Positions 18,433 to 28,016 of a stretch of DNA of 64,000 nucleotides are shown piece after piece; the first letter of the stretch is position 1, and the number at the start of each line of letters is the position of its first letter. The position numbers and the translations under genes were made by a program. A model generated the notes under the pieces. It saw only the letters and a list, made by a program, of their open reading frames with translations, ran no database searches and was not told the origin of the DNA. Origin of the DNA: Candidatus Villigracilis vicinus (GTDB lineage Bacteria > Chloroflexota > Anaerolineae > Anaerolineales > Villigracilaceae); the NCBI GenBank assembly GCA_016721315.1, contig JADKIL010000006.1, positions 82,831 through 146,830 of the forward strand. The letters are read 5' to 3'.

Positions 18433-20070
18433 CTACTCGACTGGAATTTCAGACTGAACCTTATCCATGTCGATGCCTTCGCTCTTGCGACGGGCTTTGA
18501 AGTAATAGTACACACCAGCCGCGCCTACATAGAAGACGAACATCAAGATCATGGAAGTTTGATTCTTTAATCCATTCGGGTTGATGCTGTACCCAATGCC
18601 ATAGAGCGCGTTCGGGTCGAGGATCCACTGATACAGCAAGTAGAGTGCGAAGCCGCTGAAAATTGCGCCTGCAACGGTAATCAATGGAATACCCGCCACT
18701 TTTATCTTGGCAATGGGCGAAGCCTCGAACAAGTCTTTCTTGGTGTACGGCAGGATCATTGCCGCAATCGAGGTGCCGAGGTACATCACCGCAATCACGA
18801 GCGTACCGAACAATGTCAGTGAGCGGAAGCCCGCTTCATTGAACGCAAATAAATACGAAACGATCACCGCCGGAATTGCCATGAGCAAGATCGCATTGAC
18901 TGGTGTGCCGTTGTTATTCAACTCAGCGGCTTTTTCAGGGAGCAGGCGGTCGAAGGCTGCGGCGAAGATCACACGCGTAGAGGACAAGAACACTGTACCC
19001 ACCCAACCAAACCACCAGAAGCTCATCAACACAATGATGATCAATTGAACAAACGTGTTATTGGTGAGGAAGGCAGCGAAAAGTGCCGGGTAGGGCCAGA
19101 ACGGCAACGGTGACTCAGCACCATACCAGACGGAATTCCACCAGGCGGCATTGGCTTGCATGTAAAAGTCCCAGCCAATGGTCTTGTTCACTGCAAGGAA
19201 GAACACAATACCTAACACGGTTGTGACGCCCAAGCCCCACGCCATGCCTGCAAAGTTGCGTTTGTAATCGGTTGCGCCGCGCACTTCCCCATAAAGAGTC
19301 GCGCCCCAGTTGGGGAACAAGTTGAAGAACACGAGGTAAGGCAGAAGCAAAAGGATCGAATTAAGCGAGCCGCCCCACATGGGAGTGATCGCACCCGCAT
19401 CGGTACCGGCTTGAACCGTGGCATCATACACACCCGGTTGCGCGCCGAACACGCTCACAGCATATTTTTCCAACCCGGCTTTGAAAGCCTCTGGCGAGCC
19501 CGTGAGGAGCAAGACTAACACAATCAAGAAGCCAAGCATACCTGCATAGAAGGAGAACTTCTGAATGCGAGCATAGGTCTTCATGCCGAGGATGACCGTC
19601 AGTGTGGCGAGACCAACGGTGATGAGCGTGGTCACGAACAGACCGATCTCCGTCTGCCCAAACCACAAGGCGGTGCTGGTGGCGCCCAGCAAACCCAAGA
19701 TGGGCGTGATCACAATATGACGCAGCATATCGCCATACAACGGAACCCACAGCCACAAGGTGAACCACCAGCCCGTCATGGCAAGGATGAAGCCCACCGC
19801 TCCACCAAAGATGCGTGTCATCCACACATAATCACCGCCAGCACGGGGCATCACCGAAATGAGTGAGGCATACACGATGATCTCAAAGACGAGGAAGAAG
19901 GCGCTCACCAACAACGCGTTGATCATGCCGCCTTCAAAGAAATACATCTGGCTGAAAATATAAAGACCCAGGGTTACCAGATTGATGGAAAAGAACGCGT
20001 AGACGAACGCGTCGAAGACTGACCATGAACGTACCATGCCAGTCGCCTTACGGACAAACAAGTCACTCAT
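18433..20070 (-). CDS. APC-family permease
   Basis: FVRKATGMVR N-terminus, MPRAGGDYVW, GEVR, TRVIFAAAFDRLLP; 545 aa, highly hydrophobic. Confidence 0.88.
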   Translation of the reverse strand: MSDLFVRKATGMVRSWSVFDAFVYAFFSINLVTLGLYIFSQMYFFEGGMINALLVSAFFLVFEIIVYASLISVMPRAGGDYVWMTRIFGGAVGFILAMTGWWFTLWLWVPLYGDMLRHIVITPILGLLGATSTALWFGQTEIGLFVTTLITVGLATLTVILGMKTYARIQKFSFYAGMLGFLIVLVLLLTGSPEAFKAGLEKYAVSVFGAQPGVYDATVQAGTDAGAITPMWGGSLNSILLLLPYLVFFNLFPNWGATLYGEVRGATDYKRNFAGMAWGLGVTTVLGIVFFLAVNKTIGWDFYMQANAAWWNSVWYGAESPLPFWPYPALFAAFLTNNTFVQLIIIVLMSFWWFGWVGTVFLSSTRVIFAAAFDRLLPEKAAELNNNGTPVNAILLMAIPAVIVSYLFAFNEAGFRSLTLFGTLVIAVMYLGTSIAAMILPYTKKDLFEASPIAKIKVAGIPLITVAGAIFSGFALYLLYQWILDPNALYGIGYSINPNGLKNQTSMILMFVFYVGAAGVYYYFKARRKSEGIDMDKVQSEIPVE

Positions 20071-20117
20071 AACAACTCTCCTCTGTATGATGTTGTCTTT
20101 ACACGCAAACGCGTGAA

Positions 20118-21065
20118 TTAACCGGTTGTCAGAACGTAATTCTCGACCTTATTCTTTCCGAGCTTGATAATGGCTCCAAGCAGTGTCCCCTGCTCATACA
20201 TGGAACCGGGATTGATCACAAGCGTTTTTCCAATGCGCGTCGACCCGCGTCCTTCGTGAATGTGCCCATGCAAGCTCAGCAGCGGCTGGGTCTTTTCGAT
20301 CGCTTTACGCAACGCTGTCGAGCCGACGGGAATCATCGAATTACCCGCCAAGACTGGGCGCAAGTCTTTATCCAACTCTGGCGCTTCATCCAAGCCGGAC
20401 TTATGCGGCGGCACATGGATGTTGAAAATGGAAGTCGCGGGATTCTTCAACTGAGAGATCATCGCTTCATACCTAACTGCGAGCTGATCCTCACCCTCTT
20501 CACGGTGCGTCGCCCAGGGTGTGATGTTGCTCCAGCCGGACGCGATCATTTCATGTCCACTTGCCAGCATGGTGACGTTGCCCTCTGCCAACTCCACTAC
20601 GCGGCTTTCACGGATGATGTCATCGACCTCATCCATATCATCGTTGCCAGGGCAGCAATAGATCTTCATGCCGGTTCCGGCGAGTTTTTTCTCGGCGAGT
20701 TCCATCCACTGCTGGACGACTTTCAAGACTTCCTGCAAAAAGATCTTGCTCACGAGAGCCGGGTCTTTTTCGAGGTCTTGAATTTCATCAGGGTTGGTGA
20801 GATAGGGATAATAGCCACGACTGCGGACCTTCTTTTTCATGTCCGTCATTTCGTCTTCGTTGGTAATTTCAAAAACCTGTTCGAGTAAGGTGACGCGATA
20901 ATTCAAGCCGCCCTGGTGAATGAACGGGACCACTGCCTTGCCCGTCATATCGCCGCCGAGGATCAGTTGATCCGCGCCGTAAAATTTCCCCGCATTTAGA
21001 AACTTGCTCCAGCAAATATCAGAACCGTGAATATCCGTAGCAAAAAAGATGGTGGTCACATGCAA
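20118..21065 (-). CDS. Icc-like metallophosphoesterase
   Basis: TDIHG, GGD, GNDD, HVPP, HGHIHE, NPGS motifs. Start is TTG 21065 or GTG 21059. Confidence 0.88.
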   Translation of the reverse strand: MHVTTIFFATDIHGSDICWSKFLNAGKFYGADQLILGGDMTGKAVVPFIHQGGLNYRVTLLEQVFEITNEDEMTDMKKKVRSRGYYPYLTNPDEIQDLEKDPALVSKIFLQEVLKVVQQWMELAEKKLAGTGMKIYCCPGNDDMDEVDDIIRESRVVELAEGNVTMLASGHEMIASGWSNITPWATHREEGEDQLAVRYEAMISQLKNPATSIFNIHVPPHKSGLDEAPELDKDLRPVLAGNSMIPVGSTALRKAIEKTQPLLSLHGHIHEGRGSTRIGKTLVINPGSMYEQGTLLGAIIKLGKNKVENYVLTTG

Positions 21066-21118
21066 ATCCTATGAAATGGAATGAGCTTGCAAATGCCGTG
21101 CGGTCGTGATTGGGCTCG

Positions 21119-21146
21119 ATTATACCCGTCGTTATGCTTGTGTGAA
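21119..21146 (-). promoter_or_regulatory. Putative promoter of the phosphoesterase operon
   Basis: TTCACA-16 nt-TATAAT on the minus strand. Confidence 0.5.
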
Positions 21147-21374
21147 GACAATGTTAACAGCCCCACCGGACTGAAAAAGTTACGGTTTGTATTTTTTGTC
21201 ACAACAACTTGACTAAACGAATTGCAAAACAAAATTCATGACATTTGTTACAGAACAAAAAAAGAGATTAGTTATAAAATTACCATGTCATTGGAGACCG
21301 AATGGCTACCAGGGGAACACACGCCAGGCTCGCTACCCAAAATTTGACGCAAACTCAAATTTCTAGGAGACCAA

Positions 21375-22754
21375 ATGACCCCCATCTATCCACCCGAACC
21401 GTTTCGTATTAAAGTAACCGAAGCCATTCATCTCATCCCGCCTGAAGCGCGGGAAGCGGCACTTCAGGAAGCAGGCTATAACCTCTTCCTGATGAAAGCC
21501 GAAGACATGTTCGTTGACCTGCTGACCGACTCAGGCACCGGTGCGATGAGTTCTGAGCAATGGGCAGCCATCATGCGCGGCGACGAGTCCTACGCAGGTG
21601 CGCGTTCGTTTCAGCGTCTCAAAACCGCCGTGGAAGATGTCTTCGGTTTCAAGCATTTCGCCCCCACCCATCAGGGACGCGCTGCCGAGAACATCCTCGC
21701 CGCATGCCTAGTGAAACCGGGTCAATGGGTGCCGAGCAACATGCACTTCGACACCACCGATGCCAACATCCGCGCCCGGCAGGGTCGCCCCGCCAACCTC
21801 GTCATCGACGAAGCACACGACCCCGAAAACCGTCATCCCTTCAAAGGGAACATGGATATCAATAAGCTCAAAGCCTTCATCGCAAAGTATGGGCGTGAGC
21901 AAATTCCACTGGGTATGATCACCGTCACGAACAATGCCGGAGGCGGTCAGCCCGTTTCGATGGAAAACCTCAAAGCAGTGGCTCAGGTCTACCGCGAGAA
22001 CGGCATCCCATTCTTCATCGACTCGGCGCGGTATGCTGAGAATGCTTATTTCATCAAACAGCGTGAACCCGGTTATGAAAATAGATCAGTCAAAGAGATC
22101 GCGCATGAAATGTATGCACTTGCAGACGGCATGACCATGTCTGCCAAGAAAGACGCCATCGTTAACATCGGCGGGTTGATCTGCATGAACGACGACACAC
22201 TCTTCCAAAACGTGAAGAACGAGTTGATTTTGCGCGAGGGTTTCCCAACTTATGGCGGGCTTGCCGGACGCGATCTGGATGCCATGGCGGTTGGACTCTA
22301 TGAAGGCTTGGACGAAGACTATTTGCGCTATCGTCTTGGGCAAACAGCATACCTCGCCTCACGCCTGAACGAAGCCGGGATTCCCACCCTTCAGCCGACC
22401 GGTGGTCACGGCGTATACGTCAATGCCGGAGCGATCTTTCCGCATATCCCCAATTACGAATTCCCCGCGCAAGCCCTTGCTGTCGAGCTTTATCGCGAGG
22501 GCGGCATTCGCGGCGTGGAGATCGGCTCGGTAATGTTCGCCTGCCTCGACCCGGAAGATAACAAATGGCATTACCCTGCGCTCGAACTTCTTCGCCTCGC
22601 CATTCCGCGCCGGACGTATACACAAAGTCATCTTGACTATGTGGCAGATTGTCTTGTTGCCATCAAGTCGCGTGCCAACAAAGTAAAAGGGTACAGGTTC
22701 ACCTACGCCCCAGAATTGCTGCGTCACTTCACGGCGCGGTTTGAGCCATTGTAA
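21375..22754 (+). CDS. tnaA: Tryptophanase
   Basis: DLLTDSGT, PLP lysine motif MSAKKD, EIGS and LRHFTARF. These are tryptophanase-type residues; tyrosine phenol-lyase has MSGKKD, ERG and LRFF. Confidence 0.88.
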   Translation: MTPIYPPEPFRIKVTEAIHLIPPEAREAALQEAGYNLFLMKAEDMFVDLLTDSGTGAMSSEQWAAIMRGDESYAGARSFQRLKTAVEDVFGFKHFAPTHQGRAAENILAACLVKPGQWVPSNMHFDTTDANIRARQGRPANLVIDEAHDPENRHPFKGNMDINKLKAFIAKYGREQIPLGMITVTNNAGGGQPVSMENLKAVAQVYRENGIPFFIDSARYAENAYFIKQREPGYENRSVKEIAHEMYALADGMTMSAKKDAIVNIGGLICMNDDTLFQNVKNELILREGFPTYGGLAGRDLDAMAVGLYEGLDEDYLRYRLGQTAYLASRLNEAGIPTLQPTGGHGVYVNAGAIFPHIPNYEFPAQALAVELYREGGIRGVEIGSVMFACLDPEDNKWHYPALELLRLAIPRRTYTQSHLDYVADCLVAIKSRANKVKGYRFTYAPELLRHFTARFEPL

Positions 22755-22762
22755 ATTTAATC

Positions 22763-22806
22763 AAAAACTCGCCATGATGAATTTGCATTCATCATGGCGA
22801 GTTTTT
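22763..22806. terminator. Bidirectional intrinsic terminator after tnaA
   Basis: 20-bp inverted repeat AAAAACTCGCCATGATGAAT / ATTCATCATGGCGAGTTTTT. Confidence 0.85.
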
Positions 22807-22809
22807 ATT

Positions 22810-22964
22810 TTCAGAAAGTGTCGAACGCCGAAACCAACACTGCTGCCTTCGCTGCACTGTGCAGCAGGTCCGCGCACGAGGAGGGAGTCTGACGAAACGA
22901 TCGCTTTGCATTTTGGATGATGGGCACTCCCAATTTTCACATATTGAAATGGACCAGCCTGCAC
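22810..22964 (-). ncRNA. Candidate structured non-coding RNA, family not recognised
   Basis: Several nested complementary segments, an upstream TAnnnT element and a downstream terminator (see findings). Confidence 0.35.
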
Positions 22965-23019
22965 AAGTTATAATAAGAAATCTGTGTCGATAAGAAACGA
23001 TTTTATAAGAGAGTTTTTT

Positions 23020-23454
23020 ATGGGTGACCACTTCGACAATCAACAAAACCCGAACAACCTGCCTCCGCATCACTATCTGATCTATGCAGTAACCGGAGCC
23101 ATCATTAACCCATTGGCGAGTTTGATCGGTTTCATCTTTCTCGGTCTGCTCAATCTTTTGCTGACAGGCATCGGCATTTCGCCCAGCACATCCTTTTCTT
23201 CGGTCGCCCTGGGGTTTGCGTGGATCCTCCCCATTTGCATCATCCCGCAGATTTTGTTCGGCGCGCTGACCAGTCTCGCCATCGGGTTCATTTACGGAAA
23301 GATGGAAACTGCCAGGTCGAAAACACCGAAACAGAAACTCTATTTCAACCTGTTTGCCGCGGCCGTGATCGGAATAGCGGGTCCGCTCCTTATTTTCAGT
23401 TTATTTTTCTCAATCGGACTAGCCGACAATTTTGCCAACCTTCTTCAGAAATAA
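23020..23454 (+). CDS. Hypothetical membrane protein
   Basis: About 144 aa with 3-4 hydrophobic helices; upstream TATAAT. Confidence 0.65.
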   Translation: MGDHFDNQQNPNNLPPHHYLIYAVTGAIINPLASLIGFIFLGLLNLLLTGIGISPSTSFSSVALGFAWILPICIIPQILFGALTSLAIGFIYGKMETARSKTPKQKLYFNLFAAAVIGIAGPLLIFSLFFSIGLADNFANLLQK

Positions 23455-23533
23455 AAAGCGCTCAACTATGTAGCAGATGCCGCGCTGTGATCAAATCCCA
23501 CTATATCAAGGGGCTATAATTCGGCGCAACATT

Positions 23534-24985
23534 ATGAAACTGCGCTCATCCTTCCCTCTGCTTATTCTCTTTGTCTTTGCCTGTTCTCTGCCCACGGCGG
23601 CACAACCCACAGCAACGTTCGCGCCCAAACCTACAGAGCAAGCCACAGAAACGCCCACGCAAGCTCCAACCGCAGAAACACCAAGGATTCCAGACCACAC
23701 CAGTTACCTTCTCGACACCGTGATCGATTACGACCTTCATCGTGTCAGTGTGACCGAGCGCATTCAATACCCAAATCACACCGGGCAGGAACTGCCCGCT
23801 CTTACCCTCGCCATCGCTGCCAACCTTTGGGTGGATTGTTTTCATCTAAATGAAGTTACAGTCGATGAAATTCCCGTGACGGGCTATGCATTAAACCAGC
23901 ACCGACTCGACCTCCCGCTTCCGACTCCACTCGCGCCTGATTCGGTTTCGACAGTGACTCTACGCTACAGCCTCTCTCTTCCCTACATGGATCAGGTCCA
24001 TAGCCAACGAGCTAGAATCTTCGGCTACAGCGACATTCAAATGAACCTGGTCAATTGGTATCCTTTCATCGTACCTTTCAAAGATGGCGAATGGGTCATC
24101 CGCGAGCCGTGGTCGCATGGTGAATATCTGGTGTATCCCATCGCGGACTTTGATGTTAATTTGAAATTCACGACTCCCGAAAACCAACCCATCGTTGCCG
24201 CCAGCGGATCTGCCGAACAGAAAGGCGCCTCTACCTCGTACACCTTGACGAATGGGCGTGCTTTTGCCATCTCTGCCAGCCGCGAATTCCAGGTCTCGCA
24301 AACTCAAGTGGACAATGTCACAGTCTACAGTTACTATCTGCCGATCTATAAAAATGCAGGCGAAGCCGCCATGAGTGCAAGTGCGCAGGCATTGCAGGTA
24401 TTTTCCCAACGCTTTGGCAAATATCCACACAACACCCTCTCGATCGTCATTGCTGATTTCAAAGACAGTATGGAATTTTCCGGGTTATATTTCCATAGCC
24501 GCAGCTTTTATGACCTGTACGATGGTACGGTTCAAAATTACCTAACCATGGTCGCGGTTCACGAAACGGGGCATCAATGGTGGTTTGAGCAAGTAGCGAA
24601 TGACCAAGCTGAAGAGGCATGGTTAGACGAAGCACTGACAACTTATTCAGAGTTGCTTTATTACGAGTCCGTTTATCCTGACCTGATTCCCTGGTGGTGG
24701 TCTTATCGTATCGACTTTTTCGATCCACAAGGCAAGATTGACATTCCCATTTACGAAGGTCAAAACGCAGACACCTACAAAGCCATTGTCTACTTCAACG
24801 GTGCACATTTCCTAAAAGACCTGCGAGAACGCATCGGAGACGAAGCCTTCTTCGCCTTCCTGCAGGATTACTATTCTCAAGAAAAGAATGGGATTGCCAC
24901 AAGCGATGATTTCTTTCGTATACTGAATGAACACACCAATGTAAATTACTCGGATATTGTCCACGCATATTTTAGCAAGCGCTAA
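23534..24985 (+). CDS. M1-family zinc aminopeptidase, lipoprotein
   Basis: Lipobox VFAC, Pro/Thr linker, SMEF, HETGHQWW...WLDE, conserved Tyr in VYFNG. Confidence 0.88.
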   Translation: MKLRSSFPLLILFVFACSLPTAAQPTATFAPKPTEQATETPTQAPTAETPRIPDHTSYLLDTVIDYDLHRVSVTERIQYPNHTGQELPALTLAIAANLWVDCFHLNEVTVDEIPVTGYALNQHRLDLPLPTPLAPDSVSTVTLRYSLSLPYMDQVHSQRARIFGYSDIQMNLVNWYPFIVPFKDGEWVIREPWSHGEYLVYPIADFDVNLKFTTPENQPIVAASGSAEQKGASTSYTLTNGRAFAISASREFQVSQTQVDNVTVYSYYLPIYKNAGEAAMSASAQALQVFSQRFGKYPHNTLSIVIADFKDSMEFSGLYFHSRSFYDLYDGTVQNYLTMVAVHETGHQWWFEQVANDQAEEAWLDEALTTYSELLYYESVYPDLIPWWWSYRIDFFDPQGKIDIPIYEGQNADTYKAIVYFNGAHFLKDLRERIGDEAFFAFLQDYYSQEKNGIATSDDFFRILNEHTNVNYSDIVHAYFSKR

Positions 24986-25039
24986 AAACATATTTCTTGA
25001 CTACAAAGAATTCAAACCCAACCAAAGAGAGGTTCCCAT

Positions 25040-26077
25040 ATGAGCGAAGAACTTTTGTATTACACCGATTATCTCGAACTAGATAAAATCCTTGGCAGCC
25101 AGCATCCCAAAAGCAACGAGCAGACTGACGAAATGCTCTTCATCATCATCCACCAAGCCTATGAGCTTTGGTTCAAGATGGTCATCCACGAACTCGATCA
25201 AGTCCGCCGTATCTTTGACACGGATAACGTATTAGACAACGCCGGAGAAATGAGTATTGCCGTCCAGAAGTTAAAACGGGTGGTGAAGATATTCGAAGTG
25301 GTCAATCGCCAGGTGGATATCCTCGAATCTATGACACCGATGGATTTTCTCGAATTCCGCGACCTGCTTGTACCGTCTTCCGGGTTCCAGAGTTTGCAAT
25401 TCCGCATCATCGAAGCCAAACTGGGGCTGAAGATGGATCAACGCTACAAGTCAAACTATTACAAGAACACCCGTCCGGGTGGATTCAATCAACGGGACTA
25501 CGACGCGATCAGCAGCGTAGAGTCCGAGGCGACGCTCAAAGGGCTGGTCATCAAATGGGCAGAGCGAACTCCCTTCTTCGATGAAGCCTTGTGGCGCGAC
25601 TTCCAATCCCAGTATCCGCTGGAGGAAGGAGAGCAAAAGTTTTGGAGCGATTACAAACAGATCTATAAAAACAGTCTGTCCGGCTCAGTGGAACTGCGTC
25701 AGTTCGATGAACTGGAACGCATTTTTTACAAGGAAGGCTTGGGCGAGTTTTCAGTAGGCGCGATGCGCGCGGTTCTGTTCATCATGATGTACCGTAATCT
25801 GCCCATCTTCCAACAGCCATTCGATCTGCTCTCCACCCTGATCGATATTGACGAGATGCTCTCGCAATTCCGCTACAAGCATATGCTGATGGCACGCCGC
25901 ATGATCGGCATGCGTTCTGGCACAGGCGGTACGAGCGGAGCCGGTTATCTCGAAGGCGCGTTGAGGCAGCATTACATCTTCAAAGAGTTAACTGAGGTTT
26001 CGACCTTCCTAGTGGAACGCAGTCACCTGCCCAGTTTGCCCAAGACCGTCAAAGAAAAGACGAGTTTCAATGTTTAA
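25040..26077 (+). CDS. kynA: Tryptophan 2,3-dioxygenase
   Basis: YTDYL, DEMLFIIIHQAYELWFK, SGFQSLQFR, GTGGTSGAGYL. Confidence 0.93.
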   Translation: MSEELLYYTDYLELDKILGSQHPKSNEQTDEMLFIIIHQAYELWFKMVIHELDQVRRIFDTDNVLDNAGEMSIAVQKLKRVVKIFEVVNRQVDILESMTPMDFLEFRDLLVPSSGFQSLQFRIIEAKLGLKMDQRYKSNYYKNTRPGGFNQRDYDAISSVESEATLKGLVIKWAERTPFFDEALWRDFQSQYPLEEGEQKFWSDYKQIYKNSLSGSVELRQFDELERIFYKEGLGEFSVGAMRAVLFIMMYRNLPIFQQPFDLLSTLIDIDEMLSQFRYKHMLMARRMIGMRSGTGGTSGAGYLEGALRQHYIFKELTEVSTFLVERSHLPSLPKTVKEKTSFNV

Positions 26078-26103
26078 CCGAACATCACCAGGGCAATAAA
26101 ACC

Positions 26104-27069
26104 ATGAAACCATTTCGTAAACATCTTGTCCTTGCAATAGATGGCGGCGGGGTACGCGGCGGTATCGCAACCCGTGCCCTGCGCCGGGTTGAAGAAAAAT
26201 TGAACATCCGCCTGCCGGATATTGTAAATTTGACGGTCGGCACATCGGCTGGTGCGATCATTGCCGCAGCACTGGCCGTGGACCTCTCTGCTACAGAACT
26301 CGATGGTTTATTTCCAAATTTTTGCGAAGAGGTTTTCAAAAAAAGATGGAAGAATGCCATGCCGTTCAAGTTCTTTGTAAACCATCAATACAGCAACCAG
26401 GCATTCATGCAGCAATTGAAAAATATCCTTGCCGATATGACCTTCGAAGAATTCAAGCAAAAGCATCCAACCCGAAAAATGGTCACAACCACGTTCGATG
26501 TGATCCATAACAAAACGCGATTCTTGAAAACCGATAAGCCGCAATACGCCAACTGGCCTTTTTACAAAGCCGTGCTTGCCTCTGCCGCTGCGCCTACTTA
26601 TTTCCCCGTGGTGGACGGTCAGTATATCGATGGCGGCGTGGGCTCATACAATAATCCGTGTTACCTTGCGGCTTACGAAACTCAATACGTCCTCAACTGG
26701 GACCCAGGTGAAGTGACCTTGATCAGTCTGGGGGCGGGACGCACACTTCCCTCTGTGCGACCGGGAGAAGCGGATAAGTTCAGCGCGCTGGGATGGATCC
26801 CGCATATTTTGGACGGCTTTTCTTATTCAGCCGATGATCAGCAAGTTCGGCTGGTAGATACCTTCTTCCCCGACCTCGATTTCAGACGGTACCAGGTGGA
26901 CCTGGAAGAAAACATTGCGCTGGACGATGCAAGCGCCATTGGAAATATTCACCGCTACGGCGAGCAAATGGCAGACATGATCTTGAATGACGAAGTAGAT
27001 CGTGCCATGCTCCACCGGGAAGGGCGCAAGTTCGCCGCGTCGCAGTTCTCGGCTGCCAATCCGATCTGA
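26104..27069 (+). CDS. Patatin-like phospholipase
   Basis: DGGGVRG, GTSAG, SAAAPTYF, DGG. Confidence 0.9.
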   Translation: MKPFRKHLVLAIDGGGVRGGIATRALRRVEEKLNIRLPDIVNLTVGTSAGAIIAAALAVDLSATELDGLFPNFCEEVFKKRWKNAMPFKFFVNHQYSNQAFMQQLKNILADMTFEEFKQKHPTRKMVTTTFDVIHNKTRFLKTDKPQYANWPFYKAVLASAAAPTYFPVVDGQYIDGGVGSYNNPCYLAAYETQYVLNWDPGEVTLISLGAGRTLPSVRPGEADKFSALGWIPHILDGFSYSADDQQVRLVDTFFPDLDFRRYQVDLEENIALDDASAIGNIHRYGEQMADMILNDEVDRAMLHREGRKFAASQFSAANPI

Positions 27070-27074
27070 TAAAA

Positions 27075-28016
27075 ATGCCTCGTCTCATCTCTCTTGGCAG
27101 CCTGGCTGCCTTATTCTTCAGCAGCACCTTCGTCATTAACCGCGCCTTGAGCCTGCAAGGCGGGCATTGGGCATGGACAGCCTCACTGCGTTTTGGTTTT
27201 ATGCTGGTCATGCTCATCCTGATCCTGCTTGCCACCCAAGGTGAAAAAGCGCTCGCGGATGTGAAGGATGTATTCCTCAAGCATTGGCTTTTCTGGGTCG
27301 TTGCCGGTAGTATTGGCTTTGGGGTCTTTTATTCGCTCATCACTTTTAGTTCACAATATGCCGCAGGATGGGTCGTTGCCACCACCTGGCAAACCACCAT
27401 CCTGGCTACGCCGATCGTCCTTTTATTCTTCGGGCACAGTGTTCCACGCAAGGGGTTGATCTTCACGGGCATTATCTTTACGGGTATTGTTTTAGTGAAC
27501 GTGGAACACGCCTCAATGACCAGCCTGCACGAAGTGCTGTTGAGTGCATTGCCCGTCCTTGGTGCAGCATTTGCTTACCCGATTGGCAATCAACTGGTCT
27601 GGGAATCGCGCAAAGGAAAACATCCACGCCTGCCGCATATTCAACACCCGATATTGGAAAATGCTTTTGCGCGCGTCTTATTGTTGACTCTCGGCTCCCT
27701 TCCCTTTTGGGCTGGGTTGCTGCTTTTCACCTCACCGTCCCCGCCAGGCAGCGGACAACTCGTCAGCACAGCGTTGGTCGCTTTATTATCAGGCGTAATC
27801 GCCACCACGCTATTTTTGAATGCCCGCCATTTGGCGCACAAACCATACGAAGTCTCCGCTGTTGATTCGACCCAATCCCTTGAAGTGGTTTTTTCGCTCC
27901 TGGGTGAGATCATCTTCCTTAATGGTGTTTTCCCTGGCTGGGTGGGTCTTGTAGGAATCGCACTTACTGTAATCGGTTTGGTTGCATATATAAGTTTTCA
28001 ACAAGAAACCTTATAA
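27075..28016 (+). CDS. DMT-superfamily (YjlA-like) transporter
   Basis: FFSSTFVINR, GGHWAWTASLR, AYPIGN; about 10 TM helices. Confidence 0.8.
   Translation: MPRLISLGSLAALFFSSTFVINRALSLQGGHWAWTASLRFGFMLVMLILILLATQGEKALADVKDVFLKHWLFWVVAGSIGFGVFYSLITFSSQYAAGWVVATTWQTTILATPIVLLFFGHSVPRKGLIFTGIIFTGIVLVNVEHASMTSLHEVLLSALPVLGAAFAYPIGNQLVWESRKGKHPRLPHIQHPILENAFARVLLLTLGSLPFWAGLLLFTSPSPPGSGQLVSTALVALLSGVIATTLFLNARHLAHKPYEVSAVDSTQSLEVVFSLLGEIIFLNGVFPGWVGLVGIALTVIGLVAYISFQQETL

Noticed and set aside
21375-22754. Tyrosine phenol-lyase assignment
   Set aside because: Diagnostic residues (MSAKKD, EIGS, LRHF) are tryptophanase-type.
22838-22872. SRP RNA (CAGG...AGCAG-like words)
   Set aside because: The CAGG-stem-GNRA-stem-AGCAG arrangement is not present on either strand.
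22889-22900. CTGACGA/GAAA as a hammerhead ribozyme core
   Set aside because: No stem II between CUGANGA and GAAA, and no properly placed stem III or cleavage triplet.
22761-22964. 67-aa minus-strand ORF over the RNA candidate
   Set aside because: It runs through the terminator hairpin and has no recognisable features; it cannot be fully excluded.
26104-27069. Patatin as a CBASS effector
   Set aside because: No adjacent cyclase or Cap genes; the only nucleotidyltransferase is about 9 kb away in a different operon.
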